The notes beneath the pieces were generated by a model. That model was given only the letters and a program-made list of their open reading frames with translations, had not been told where the DNA came from and ran no database searches. A stretch of DNA of 64,000 nucleotides from a virus, in the IMG/VR virus record IMGVR_UViG_3300027770_000050, positions 1 to 64,000 of that record; one strand, given 5' to 3'. Position numbers and translations under genes: made by a program. Below, in pieces: positions 1-10,861 of the stretch; the stretch's first letter is position 1; each line of letters starts with the position of its first letter.

Positions 1-2
1 TT

Positions 3-3000
3 TGGTATCCGGGCTATGACTATGAAAACATGGTCTCAATAGAAAGACAATTATCAGGTGTCAATTCTATTGTAGGTCCTGGTGTTATTAATGGTTGGAC
101 TGTTGAAAAATTATCAGACAGTAGAGCAAATCAATTATTATTATTAAATGGATACTCTTCTAGTTCAACAAGTGAGTATGGATTAAAGTTATCAGCCTTA
201 AATCTTAATTTTACAATTACAGTAACCGCAGCAACTACAGTAAATATTACACTTTCTGGTGTTCAAACCATTGATAATGTGTCTGTTATTGCTGGAGACT
301 TAGTATTAGTCAAAAATCAGTCTACTGCTGCCAATAATGGTATATATATTGTTGCCTCCGGTGCATGGACAAGGCACTCTTCACTAGACAACTCTTCTGA
401 TTACACAAACAACTTTGTAGTATATGCTGAAGAAGGATATATAAACGGTAATACTCTTTGGATAGGTGTTACTTCTGCAAACTCTTTTTCATTAGGATCT
501 ACTACTCTTAATTTTGATGATCCATTTAAACAATGCGTAGTTGTAAATCCTGGTAATGGAATTGTATCAAAATATAGAGCAAAAACTGAAAAACCATTTT
601 TCTTTAGATACACAGCTGATAATACATATTACATTTGGGCAGAACCTGGATTGTCAACTTTAACATCAGGATTTTGCAACATAACATCTCCAGCAAATTC
701 AGATAAGAATTACAATACTTATTCAAATGCAGTATATCTAGGCACAATCAAAGTTTCTTCTGATGCAACATATACAAATATTCAAATTGTTAATTCTATC
801 GTTTTAGAAGAGAGAAGAAATCATATCAATGAAACTTCTGGAGAATTTCAAAGGCAACTTCAGCTATCTTATTTAAAACATAAACATATTGGAGACAAAA
901 ATCCATCTAAAATTAATTTGCAAAATTATGTTCATCTTTTAGCGCAGAGTTCAGACAATTTTGGATCTTTTGAAAATTCATCCATATTCTTATTGAAAAA
1001 TCAAGATGGAACAAATTTTTCTGAAACTTTGGTAAATTACGGAGATCCAATTGTTAAAGTTGACGGAAATACTCTTGTTGATACTGAATATTCAATAACA
1101 AATGTGAGTCCTTACACTCTTTACCTCAAAAATACTATAAAGTCTACTTCTAAACTTGATGTTGTTCTACCCATAGCAGATAGAAAAAATCTCATAGCTA
1201 TCAACAGTTCTTATCAAAAATTAGTGTCTGCATTATCATTAGAAACATATTACACTCTTTCTGATGGAACTATTGCACAAGATACTAATCCAGATGGAAG
1301 TATTTTTGACTATTATGTTCCTTTCTCATGGGGACAATATGAGTATTCAATTAAAGGTCTTTATATTAATGATGAACTTATTGATACTGTTCATTATTCA
1401 ATCAATAACACTTCGGGAACAATTTATCTTAATAAATCTCTTCCAAATTATAATAACTTTACATTTGAAGATTTAGTTTTAAAGATTGATAAAAATCAAA
1501 TTGAAATTACTGGTAGCTTGAAGAATTCTAATATTGAAAGCGTATCTGCATCAAAAATCAAATCAGGTAAAATTTCATCAAATATACTAGATATAACTCA
1601 TAGCAATTCTTATAGATACAAAGAACCATGTAGTTTTATACCAACTAAAAATTTAGTAGCTGGTATAGGAAGAACTATTCTTTATCCATACAATACATCT
1701 TCTGTCATTCAATATAATGATAGTATAACTAGTTTTTACAAATCTAAAAATACAAGCGAAGATTTATTTTATGTTGGCGGCAAAAGAGGCATCAGTCTCT
1801 TAAATATAAACTCCAATTTATCAACTCAAGAATTTGTAAATTTTGCAGATTACGGATCAACTTTAGATATCCAAGATAATATCTTAGTTCCTGAAAATGA
1901 AAACTATTTTAAAGAAACTTATATCACAAACAGTCTTGGTAAAATAAATATTTTTAAAGATGAGAAAATTTCAGAATTAAAAGTTCCAAAAAATTCTATT
2001 TATCAAAATATTTTTGTTAATAAATTCTTTGTTTCTTCTAACAAAATACAATCTGGCAGTGGCAATACTATAACATTCTCTTGGCAAAAAGATTATTGTG
2101 CTGCAACTGACAGTGGAGTATATTTTGCACAAATTGCAGAAAATGCAGCTGTTCAAGATTGGTACTGGAGAAAGATAAGCAACGTATTTACATCTGCTGG
2201 AACTGCTGCAACTTATTTTGATAATGTAAAATCTGTTCAAGAAGTTACTACTAAAACAATCAATGTAATTAGTAGTGATTACAATGAAGTTATTTACAAG
2301 AAAAATATTTATGCAGCATCTACTGGAACAACTTCAAAAGGTTTATATGTTGGAAATATTAGTCAACTTACTCAGGTAACTACAGACGAAGTTAAGGGTG
2401 TCTATATAATTAATTCCGGAGGATATAAAAATAATATTCTTTGGTGGAATGATTATGATTTATATCTTACACATGCAACAAGATTATCTACAAGTACTTC
2501 TGGAGAATATTGGACAGTTGCTTTTGAAGACACTGACGCTTCTTTTACTGCTTGCAATGCAGCTACAACTACTAATATTGCTCTATCAGGAATAATTGTA
2601 GTTGATGGATATACTCCTTCTGTGGGCAACAGAATACTTGTTAAAAATCAAAACAATAAAACACAAAATGGTATTTATGTAGTAGCTAGTGGAAGCTGGA
2701 CTAGAGCAACAGATTTTGATGCTTCTTCTGAATATATTAGTTATAAAAAAATAAGCATTAGTTCAGGAACTCTTTACGGTTCAAGCATTTGGTTTTTGAA
2801 AAAAATAGATGCATTTACTTTAGGAACTAATGATGTTGAGTGGGATATTTACAAGCTCAAAGTTTATTCAACAAATACACCTTCAGGAGCCACATCTAGA
2901 TCAGTAATATCTTGTGTAATACAAAAAGACAATTCGAAATTTTACAATGAATATCTTGTTGGACACTCTAATGGTGTTGCAAGAGTTTTAGATTTAAATA

Positions 3001-6000
3001 ATAACAACTCATCAATATCATATGAAGAACTTTACTGGGAACAATCTTTATTAGGTGGAATTAATTCGCTTTATTATTACGATGACAATTCTAACTATGG
3101 AAAATTATACGCTGGTACAGAAAATGGTATGTTTGTTAGCACTGAATTGCTTTGGCAGCCTAATACACAATCAACATCTGGAAATTATAGATGGATAAGA
3201 ACTAATAATATTTTCACAGAGGATGATATAGATTTCACTGTTTTCAATAAAGATTATCAATCTATATCAAATTATTCTCTTATTTATCCATATCAAATGG
3301 TTGCTATTGGAACTTCTTATATTCCAGGTCAGCAATTTTATTACGAAAAAAACTTTGATAAGTTTACTACTGAACCTTGGTATCCAGTACAAAATGATGC
3401 ATCTGGAAGTAACACAAGAGTAATGATGTATATAGGAGATAGCCCTAGTGACATTCCTTTTGTAACAGATGCAAAAAATGGAGAAATATATTTTACTAAA
3501 TCTGTTTCTAAAGATCAGATAAATAATGTTTCCGTAACTGTCTCAAGAGATTTTAAAACAATTGTTGATGGTGGAACAAAACCACATACATCTGAATTTG
3601 TTCCACTCGCAAAAGGCAAAGATCCGATAGCATTATTAGCTTTTACATCATCTCCAATTGATACTATAATTTACTTAAATCAAACAATAGATAGTTCTCT
3701 CAAACTATTGATGTTGAAAACTGACAATAATAGTGAAATTGTTTATATCAAAAGTATTGATAATACAACATATCCAATACAAGTCAGTCTTGTAAATTCT
3801 AGAACTTTAAGTAATATTTCTTTCAATGCTGGAACAACTGTATATTCAATCAAGGATGATATTGTTTCAGGGTTAGAAGATGATTTACAAATTCTTTTAT
3901 CTCAAGAAAAATATAATTTATCTTCCGCTAACAATACAAATGTAAATACATTATCCAGAGCTCTCAAAAAACAAATAGCGACATTGTATGATTTCAGTGC
4001 TCCAGTAGTATCTCAGACTGACACTAGAGGATTGAAAAACAATAATCTTGTTATTGATTTTCTAACAAGTAACTCTGTTGATCTTTTAAATTCAACATAT
4101 AAAAATAGAACTGAATTAGTTCCAAACTCCAATGATATTGATTCCAATCCTACAATAATCAGAAATATTTTTGATCCATCAAAAGATGGAACAAATACAA
4201 GACTAGCAACTAATCAAGGAATTTGGAAGTTCTCAGATAACTATTGGGAACTTGAAACAACTCTTGATGATGCTTATGATATAAGCTACATTGTATATGA
4301 TTACAATTACAATTTGATTGCTGGAGCATCTAATGGTATTTGGAAATATAGCACTTCATGGATTAAAGATAACTCTTCTGAACAAAAACAAAATGCATAT
4401 TTGACAGGTTATTGGGATGGAGAATTATTTGAAGCTTTTGGTAAGTCTAACGGTTTGACAGTGAATGTTTATAACACTGACAGAACTTCATTTATTTCTG
4501 ATTTCTTAAAATTAACTTCCAAGAATATCAATGGAATTTTTATTGGCAATCATGTTAAAAATCAAGTTAGTGTAACTTCTTTTGATTGTTTACATGCAGC
4601 TGGTGACGATGGATATTACATCATATCCAAGGGTGATAAAACTTCAACATTTAGTCCTCTTTTAGTTGCAAGAAAAATGTTTTTTGCAAGCAATCCTGAT
4701 GGAGTTTCTAAATTTTATAAATCATTTCAAGCTTACAATATTCCAGCAATACCATCAGTTCCAGAATATTCTAATATGCTTTTTATTCTTACAGATGATG
4801 GTGTCCTAAGAATAAAAAACTGGAAATATTGTTATCCAGATTTTTCAAATGCAAATGATTTTGTTATTGATGCAAGATATTTAAGATCAAGACATTGTTT
4901 TTGTTTTGCTATTGATAAAGAAGAAACTACTACTGCAGTACCTGGCAAATCCAAAATATATATAGGTACAGATAATGGAGTATATAGGTCTTTTGATGGC
5001 GGATATACATTTGAACCTACACAACTTTTGTCAAATATTTCAGTAGCAGTTTATGACTTAAAAGTATTTTCTTCAACTTACAATTCAACAGTAAGTAATG
5101 TTCTAGTAGCTGCAACAGATAACGGTATTTGGTATACAATTGATGATGGAGACAATTGGTATAGAGCAGCTGAACAAACTGTATCTTCATTATCTCCAGT
5201 TTTATTTAAATCTCAACCATCCAATGATCTAAAAATTGTTGCTTCAGATAGTAATAGTTTAGGGTATTTAGCTCAAACTTTTTCAACTTCATCAACAGCA
5301 AGCACTATAACAAAAGTTTCAGCTTATGTGACTGTTAGAGATCAAGATAGATTATCTTCTGCTTCTTACAACGATAGCTTATCTAATAGCACTGTTACTG
5401 CTTATGTTTACTCTTTGGATAATAATAATTATCCAGACACATTGTTAGCTAGCTCTTCATCAAAAACTTATACTGATATTAATTTAGGCGGATTTACAAC
5501 TTTTGATTTGATAAGTGATTTAGATATTCCAGGATCAGGAACAACTTCATTAGCTTTAGTTCTCAAAGAAGTTTCTAGTTCTGTTCCATTATTCTCATGG
5601 AAGAAATCTAATTTAAATAATCCATATACTTCAGGTAGAGCACAATACAGTTCTAATGACATTACTTGGAGTGGATATAGTACTAGCTACGACTTCTTCT
5701 TCAAAGTTCATTATGATAATATTTCATCACCAACACTTACTTATGTTCCTGTTGGCAATTATGACAACTCTGCTATAGATTGGGAAGACGCAATTTACCA
5801 AGGTGTTTTAGCTGATGACAATGGATATCTGAAGTTAGATGCAAAATTCATTGTTTCAAATCTATTTGATGTTTCTATATCTAATCAAAATTCTACTGGG
5901 TATTCAAATATATCAGCTGGTATCAGCACAGTAATTGGCTCTTTAGTGTCTAGATCAGCAAACACAGTAACATCCTATGTAGACGCATCTACTTATTCAT

Positions 6001-8627
6001 ATTCTAAATCCTTAAATGATATTTGGACTTATGGTTCCACAGTAATACATAGAAGTTCGCTTGGATTTACAAATTCTGGTATAGCAATAACTTCTTCACT
6101 TGTTTATTTTGGAGAAAACACTAACACTGAAGAAGCTGTAAACATTGCTAGTATTGGCTTACAGCCTCAAGGTGTAGTAGATATATTTGAGGTTGCCAGT
6201 GCTGTAGGTAATACTCAACAAATTTCTAAAGTTAGAGATTATCTCTATGAAAGAAGTTTATTGCGTCTATCTGATTTAAAAAATAGATATGCTAATGAAA
6301 GTGGATTGCAACTTACACTTAATCCAAAATCTAGTGCAAGCACAGGAACAACCATTTATTTCAGTACTGATAATACTAATACATTTACATGGAATACAGA
6401 TAAATATCCATACGCTGAAGTAGTAAAGAATTCTACAACACTTAGTTCAGGATATACTGTTTTACCATCGCAAGGTGCAGTATCGTTTACTTCAGCAATT
6501 ACTTCTAACGATGTTGTTATTTTAAAATTAAGAGAAGACTGGGACGGAAGTGTTTTGAATATTCCTTACAGTTCATCTGCATCTTCTTATATGATAGAGA
6601 GATGGTCAAAATCATATATCCCAGTCATTTCTATATTGACAGACGGAGATGATAATACTCAAAATGATTACACTAGTTTATCTGAAAATTTACAAACTAC
6701 TTGGAATAATCAAGGAGTAAAACCGTTAGTCTTTGTGACAGATAAATCTTCTAAGACACAAAAACTTAGAAAACTAGTAACAGACAATAATGGTTTACTA
6801 TTTGAAACATTAAGTGCATCTGATTGGACCGCAACTAACACTTCCTTAATTCATGGTGGAGCTAATAATTTATTTAGTGGCACATGGAATAAAGAAATTA
6901 AATTTGAAACACTTACTTACATAAAGAGTGTTCATACAAATTACACAGTATCATCCGGAGAAAGCATAGATAGTACTTGTGTAGTTCGCTTCAAATACTC
7001 TATTGATAAAAAGACTTACAGCGATTGGATAACAATTACTAGTAGTTACATATTAGATAAATTTATCACAGGATTTATTTTCGATATTGTTATGAAAGAA
7101 GGTTGGAATAATGGTACTAATATTGCAGTAAAACCATTTGTTCAGCAACTTTATTATATTCAAGTTGATCCTATTTCTGATTATATTTTTACTAATAACA
7201 TAACTTCAAATGGTAATGTTGTAAATTATTTACTTTCGTCAGATTATGATGATTACCTCAAGTCAAAATTATCTTGGGGAATTTGTCAAGGAAACTCTAC
7301 AAATTGGAATGATTATATTCCTTTGTTGTCAAACAAAAATGGAACTATAAGCAGCAGGCAAAAATCTTATAAGTTTACTCCTGAACAGACTTATGAAAAA
7401 CTTACATGTGTAAAATCTAACAATAATGATGTTTTATATTTTGCATACAATACGGGTAATAAATTTACTTGGTCTTCAGATGACACTGTTAAGATTTATA
7501 TTAACTCTGCAGAAATAGCATCATATAATTATATTTTAGATAACGTTAACGGAAGTGTAAAGTTCCGTTTACCAGTCACAAGTAATAATCTTGTTCAAAT
7601 AACTGTAATCAAACCAAAAGTAAGATACATTTCTCAAGGTGAAGGCACTATAACAAGTGACTATATAACTTATTATTTTGTTAATGGAAGATGGGCAGAA
7701 GATAGTAAAGTTGTAATTTATTCTGATAACACTATAGTCAGGGGTGGATATAAGCTAGATCGTAAAAATGGTAGACTTATATTCAACAAAGCAAGAAAAA
7801 CAACTGAAATTATAACTGCATCAATCACTCCATCATCTAACTACAGAATTGGATTAAAAGTTGATAAGTATAATTCATCTGCATCAGAAATTTATGATTT
7901 TAGTTTTATTTATTCTTCTGCAAAAAATACAGATGCATACGCTAAATATTTAAACACCCATATACCTTATATTGTCAAAGATAGTTTGATTCTGGGAAGT
8001 CAACTCTACAATTCTTCAGTTGGATCAAGCACTCAAATACCAATATCAAAAAGATTATTTGTAGATTATGATTATGCATCTTTAGAAAATAATCAAGAAT
8101 ATCCTCCTAAAGTTAAGTGGTATAGAACTAGGACTACTGGTATAGCATCTACTACCATTGAGCTCGATAGTAGTCCTAATTATAGAAATAGAATAGTTCA
8201 GCAAAATTCAGATACTAATGAAAATGGAGCTTATTTCCTTGAAAATGATCAAGTATATGTAACTGTAGAACCATATGACGGTCTTGATTATGGAATTGCA
8301 TATACGAGCGATCCGGTAATATTAAAAGATATAACTATTCCTTACGTTTATGATCTTAAGTATTCATCAAATAATACAATTGTAGATAGTACTTTAGTAT
8401 CAGGTTCTACTCTTATTGCTTCATATATGCCTAGCGATCTATCAAGCGATCAAGCTAAAGTAGAATGGTATGACTTGTCATCTATAGAAACTAGAAAAGT
8501 CTATGATGGTGTATCTTTACCACTGACATTTGTTTTGAAAGGTAAGATTTATTCCTTCACTGTAACTCCTTATGACGGAACTACTTATGGTATTCCAATT
8601 GAGAGTTTACCTATATATATAATATAG
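3..8627 (+). CDS. Giant virion structural protein (baseplate/tail-associated), probably 5'-truncated; contains tail module repeats, beta-propeller repeats, a vWA-like domain and C-terminal Ig-like domains
   Basis: The frame is open upstream of the ATG at 30 (W-Y-P-G-Y-D-Y-E-N-M). Two copies of AATT.NI.LSG...(I/V)D....G..(V/I)LVKNQ....NGIY.VASG.WTR. BNR/propeller-like motifs GTDNGVYRSFDGG and ATDNGIWYTIDDG. DVSIS...T...ILTDG. VTVEPYDG and FTVTPYDG at the C-terminus. Ser/Thr/Asn-rich. Confidence 0.7.
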   Translation, partial: WYPGYDYENMVSIERQLSGVNSIVGPGVINGWTVEKLSDSRANQLLLLNGYSSSSTSEYGLKLSALNLNFTITVTAATTVNITLSGVQTIDNVSVIAGDLVLVKNQSTAANNGIYIVASGAWTRHSSLDNSSDYTNNFVVYAEEGYINGNTLWIGVTSANSFSLGSTTLNFDDPFKQCVVVNPGNGIVSKYRAKTEKPFFFRYTADNTYYIWAEPGLSTLTSGFCNITSPANSDKNYNTYSNAVYLGTIKVSSDATYTNIQIVNSIVLEERRNHINETSGEFQRQLQLSYLKHKHIGDKNPSKINLQNYVHLLAQSSDNFGSFENSSIFLLKNQDGTNFSETLVNYGDPIVKVDGNTLVDTEYSITNVSPYTLYLKNTIKSTSKLDVVLPIADRKNLIAINSSYQKLVSALSLETYYTLSDGTIAQDTNPDGSIFDYYVPFSWGQYEYSIKGLYINDELIDTVHYSINNTSGTIYLNKSLPNYNNFTFEDLVLKIDKNQIEITGSLKNSNIESVSASKIKSGKISSNILDITHSNSYRYKEPCSFIPTKNLVAGIGRTILYPYNTSSVIQYNDSITSFYKSKNTSEDLFYVGGKRGISLLNINSNLSTQEFVNFADYGSTLDIQDNILVPENENYFKETYITNSLGKINIFKDEKISELKVPKNSIYQNIFVNKFFVSSNKIQSGSGNTITFSWQKDYCAATDSGVYFAQIAENAAVQDWYWRKISNVFTSAGTAATYFDNVKSVQEVTTKTINVISSDYNEVIYKKNIYAASTGTTSKGLYVGNISQLTQVTTDEVKGVYIINSGGYKNNILWWNDYDLYLTHATRLSTSTSGEYWTVAFEDTDASFTACNAATTTNIALSGIIVVDGYTPSVGNRILVKNQNNKTQNGIYVVASGSWTRATDFDASSEYISYKKISISSGTLYGSSIWFLKKIDAFTLGTNDVEWDIYKLKVYSTNTPSGATSRSVISCVIQKDNSKFYNEYLVGHSNGVARVLDLNNNNSSISYEELYWEQSLLGGINSLYYYDDNSNYGKLYAGTENGMFVSTELLWQPNTQSTSGNYRWIRTNNIFTEDDIDFTVFNKDYQSISNYSLIYPYQMVAIGTSYIPGQQFYYEKNFDKFTTEPWYPVQNDASGSNTRVMMYIGDSPSDIPFVTDAKNGEIYFTKSVSKDQINNVSVTVSRDFKTIVDGGTKPHTSEFVPLAKGKDPIALLAFTSSPIDTIIYLNQTIDSSLKLLMLKTDNNSEIVYIKSIDNTTYPIQVSLVNSRTLSNISFNAGTTVYSIKDDIVSGLEDDLQILLSQEKYNLSSANNTNVNTLSRALKKQIATLYDFSAPVVSQTDTRGLKNNNLVIDFLTSNSVDLLNSTYKNRTELVPNSNDIDSNPTIIRNIFDPSKDGTNTRLATNQGIWKFSDNYWELETTLDDAYDISYIVYDYNYNLIAGASNGIWKYSTSWIKDNSSEQKQNAYLTGYWDGELFEAFGKSNGLTVNVYNTDRTSFISDFLKLTSKNINGIFIGNHVKNQVSVTSFDCLHAAGDDGYYIISKGDKTSTFSPLLVARKMFFASNPDGVSKFYKSFQAYNIPAIPSVPEYSNMLFILTDDGVLRIKNWKYCYPDFSNANDFVIDARYLRSRHCFCFAIDKEETTTAVPGKSKIYIGTDNGVYRSFDGGYTFEPTQLLSNISVAVYDLKVFSSTYNSTVSNVLVAATDNGIWYTIDDGDNWYRAAEQTVSSLSPVLFKSQPSNDLKIVASDSNSLGYLAQTFSTSSTASTITKVSAYVTVRDQDRLSSASYNDSLSNSTVTAYVYSLDNNNYPDTLLASSSSKTYTDINLGGFTTFDLISDLDIPGSGTTSLALVLKEVSSSVPLFSWKKSNLNNPYTSGRAQYSSNDITWSGYSTSYDFFFKVHYDNISSPTLTYVPVGNYDNSAIDWEDAIYQGVLADDNGYLKLDAKFIVSNLFDVSISNQNSTGYSNISAGISTVIGSLVSRSANTVTSYVDASTYSYSKSLNDIWTYGSTVIHRSSLGFTNSGIAITSSLVYFGENTNTEEAVNIASIGLQPQGVVDIFEVASAVGNTQQISKVRDYLYERSLLRLSDLKNRYANESGLQLTLNPKSSASTGTTIYFSTDNTNTFTWNTDKYPYAEVVKNSTTLSSGYTVLPSQGAVSFTSAITSNDVVILKLREDWDGSVLNIPYSSSASSYMIERWSKSYIPVISILTDGDDNTQNDYTSLSENLQTTWNNQGVKPLVFVTDKSSKTQKLRKLVTDNNGLLFETLSASDWTATNTSLIHGGANNLFSGTWNKEIKFETLTYIKSVHTNYTVSSGESIDSTCVVRFKYSIDKKTYSDWITITSSYILDKFITGFIFDIVMKEGWNNGTNIAVKPFVQQLYYIQVDPISDYIFTNNITSNGNVVNYLLSSDYDDYLKSKLSWGICQGNSTNWNDYIPLLSNKNGTISSRQKSYKFTPEQTYEKLTCVKSNNNDVLYFAYNTGNKFTWSSDDTVKIYINSAEIASYNYILDNVNGSVKFRLPVTSNNLVQITVIKPKVRYISQGEGTITSDYITYYFVNGRWAEDSKVVIYSDNTIVRGGYKLDRKNGRLIFNKARKTTEIITASITPSSNYRIGLKVDKYNSSASEIYDFSFIYSSAKNTDAYAKYLNTHIPYIVKDSLILGSQLYNSSVGSSTQIPISKRLFVDYDYASLENNQEYPPKVKWYRTRTTGIASTTIELDSSPNYRNRIVQQNSDTNENGAYFLENDQVYVTVEPYDGLDYGIAYTSDPVILKDITIPYVYDLKYSSNNTIVDSTLVSGSTLIASYMPSDLSSDQAKVEWYDLSSIETRKVYDGVSLPLTFVLKGKIYSFTVTPYDGTTYGIPIESLPIYII

Positions 8628-8653
8628 GGTCTAATATATACAAAAAAGAATAA
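8626..8653 (+). promoter_or_regulatory. Putative phage promoter AGG-N19-GAATAA
   Basis: AGG at 8626-8628 and GAAT at 8648-8651, upstream of the subtilisin gene. The same spacing recurs at many other gene starts. Confidence 0.6.
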
Positions 8654-8676
8654 TATGAATTGTATAGGAGAAAAAA

Positions 8677-9630
8677 ATGGAAAATATACAATTCATACCT
8701 GATGAAGATTTACATGTAGTTTCAGTTCCCTTTGCAGCTTTGTCCCAAACACAAAACTGGGGTATGGCACTAGCTGCTATACAAAATGTTTGGACAGTAA
8801 CCAAAGGTGAAGGAATAAGAGTGGCTATTTTAGACACTGGAATTTCTGATCATACCGATTTGATTACAGCTTGGAAAAAAGACAATGCTATCAACTGTAC
8901 TTCTGATCCTACATGGGAAGATAAAGGCAGTGGACACGGTACTCACGTTGCTGGAATTATTGCTAGTAGTGATAATGATTTTGGTGTTGTAGGAGTTGCT
9001 CCAAATTGCGAAATAATTCCAATTAAAGTTTTAGATAGTAATGGTTCTGGTAATTATGAATCAATTGAAAAAGGACTTAGAAATGCTATTAACATGAATG
9101 TTGATATTATAAACATGTCCTTAGGATCATCAACTACTCCTCCTGAATCTCTGCACGATTTAATTAGACAGGCTGTTGCTCAGGGTATTGTGATAGTTGC
9201 AGCAGCTGGAAATGATGCTCATGCAGTTAATTATCCAGCAAGATATGACGAAGTTATAGCAGTCGCAGCGTTAGATCAAAATGGATGTTTGGCAACATTT
9301 ACTTCTAAAGATGAAACAATTGATATTGTGGCTCCAGGAGTTGATATATATTCAACACACCTGAATAACGAATATTGCAAAATGTCAGGTACAAGTCAAG
9401 CTTCCCCATTTGTTGCGGGTATATGTGCATTAATTAAATCTGCCTTGAAGAAACAAAATTTACTTCCTGAGTTTGGAAATCAATTTTGTCAAGCAGATAT
9501 GATGGTAGCTTTAAGAAACATATGTTCATTAGAAGCAGCACATATTACTCCTGGTGAAGAAAAGAATTGGGGACCTGGCGTTCCTAAATTAGCTAACGTA
9601 GATTGGCAAAATATTTTGGTCAAGAAATAA
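8677..9630 (+). CDS. Subtilisin-like serine protease (peptidase S8), intracellular type
   Basis: Catalytic triad motifs ILDTG, HGTHVAG and GTSQASP; oxyanion motif AAAGN. No signal peptide. SD AGGAG. Confidence 0.95.
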   Translation: MENIQFIPDEDLHVVSVPFAALSQTQNWGMALAAIQNVWTVTKGEGIRVAILDTGISDHTDLITAWKKDNAINCTSDPTWEDKGSGHGTHVAGIIASSDNDFGVVGVAPNCEIIPIKVLDSNGSGNYESIEKGLRNAINMNVDIINMSLGSSTTPPESLHDLIRQAVAQGIVIVAAAGNDAHAVNYPARYDEVIAVAALDQNGCLATFTSKDETIDIVAPGVDIYSTHLNNEYCKMSGTSQASPFVAGICALIKSALKKQNLLPEFGNQFCQADMMVALRNICSLEAAHITPGEEKNWGPGVPKLANVDWQNILVKK

Positions 9631-9651
9631 ACAAGAGCAAATAAAAAAATA

Positions 9652-9688
9652 ACTTCAGCTCTTCTTTTTTAAATAAAAGAGGTGAAGT
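9652..9688 (+). promoter_or_regulatory. Hairpin sequestering the SD of the signal peptidase gene
   Basis: ACTTCAGCTCTT (9652-9663) pairs with AAGAGGTGAAGT (9677-9688) with one mismatch. The right arm contains SD GAGGTG. Confidence 0.5.
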
Positions 9689-10147
9689 ATGAAACTTAGA
9701 TCTTTAGTGACTGGTGTTATAGGGTTGATATTAGCAAGTCTTCTTCTATTGCAACCTTATAAATTAGTTGTTGTTGTTGGAAGATCAATGCTTCCAACAC
9801 TTAAGGGCGGTCAAATACTTTTAGCTAAAAAAACAAATAGTTTTGAAAGAGGCGACATTATAGTAGTAAAAGAGGAAGAAAACATTATTATAAAAAGAAT
9901 AAAATATCTTCCTGGTGAATACTATTACACAGTCTTAGATTTTGATACATCCGAAATGCTATTTATAGATAGCGAGTATAGAGAAATGGTTGTAAGTATT
10001 AAAAAATATGGTTTTGATAATATAAAAAAATTCAAATTAAGCAATGATTCATATTTTGTGTTAGGGGACAATAGTGCAGAATCAGATGACAGTAGGAGAT
10101 TTGGTCCTATTCACAAAGAACAGATTTTGTACAAAGTAATAAGATAA
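9689..10147 (+). CDS. lepB: Signal peptidase I (peptidase S26)
   Basis: N-terminal TM segment; GRSMLPTL (catalytic Ser), IIKRI (catalytic Lys) and GDNSAESDDSRRFG (box E). Confidence 0.9.
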   Translation: MKLRSLVTGVIGLILASLLLLQPYKLVVVVGRSMLPTLKGGQILLAKKTNSFERGDIIVVKEEENIIIKRIKYLPGEYYYTVLDFDTSEMLFIDSEYREMVVSIKKYGFDNIKKFKLSNDSYFVLGDNSAESDDSRRFGPIHKEQILYKVIR

Positions 10148-10854
10148 TGATTAAAAAAGTACCAGGGGAGTTTCGAGGATTTTCATTAGATCTTAATTTA
10201 GTTGATCTATTGATAAAAACTTCCCAAAATTCCGAGAAGATTGATGATCCAGTAAAACAAGTAATTCAACTGGGTCTTCAATCTTCTTGTTCTATTTATG
10301 TAAGATCTGATTCTTCAAAATCACAATGGTCTGGAAGCGGATTTCATGCTGGAAATGGCTTGATAGTAACCGCTGGACATGTTATTCCTTTAGATGCTGA
10401 CATATCAGAGATAAATGTCTCTTTTGATAACAAGCAGTTTTATCCAGCTAATCCCATCAAGTCAGACCCCAATATAGACGCTGGTGTTATTTACTGTGAA
10501 GGAGCAAAAAGATTCCCAGATCTTAAACTTGGTGACAGCGACACTCTCGAAAAAGGTGACATAATCGCAGTTATAGGAGCTCCTGAAGGTTTTCATGACA
10601 CAGCAACTGTTGGTAGAATTTCTAATTTACATCAAGGATTAGGTCAAGGGGCCCCATCTCAAGCTTGGAATGACATTATTTTCGTTGATGCTGATATAAT
10701 GGAAGGTTCTTCTGGCGGTATGGTCATAGGAACAGATGGACTTGTCTATGGTCTAGTTATGGGTGTAACAGGCCAGCATGCAGACGTTGGCATTGGCGAA
10801 AGTTCTGTTTCCCCATCAAATAAAATAAAGAAGATTTTGGCTGAAATAGTATAA
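10147..10854 (+). CDS. Trypsin-like serine protease (S1, HtrA-like protease domain without PDZ)
   Basis: GSGF, VTAGHV (His), IDAGV (Asp), EGSSGG (Ser) and LGDSDTL. Confidence 0.9.
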   Translation: MIKKVPGEFRGFSLDLNLVDLLIKTSQNSEKIDDPVKQVIQLGLQSSCSIYVRSDSSKSQWSGSGFHAGNGLIVTAGHVIPLDADISEINVSFDNKQFYPANPIKSDPNIDAGVIYCEGAKRFPDLKLGDSDTLEKGDIIAVIGAPEGFHDTATVGRISNLHQGLGQGAPSQAWNDIIFVDADIMEGSSGGMVIGTDGLVYGLVMGVTGQHADVGIGESSVSPSNKIKKILAEIV

Positions 10855-10861
10855 TAATTTC

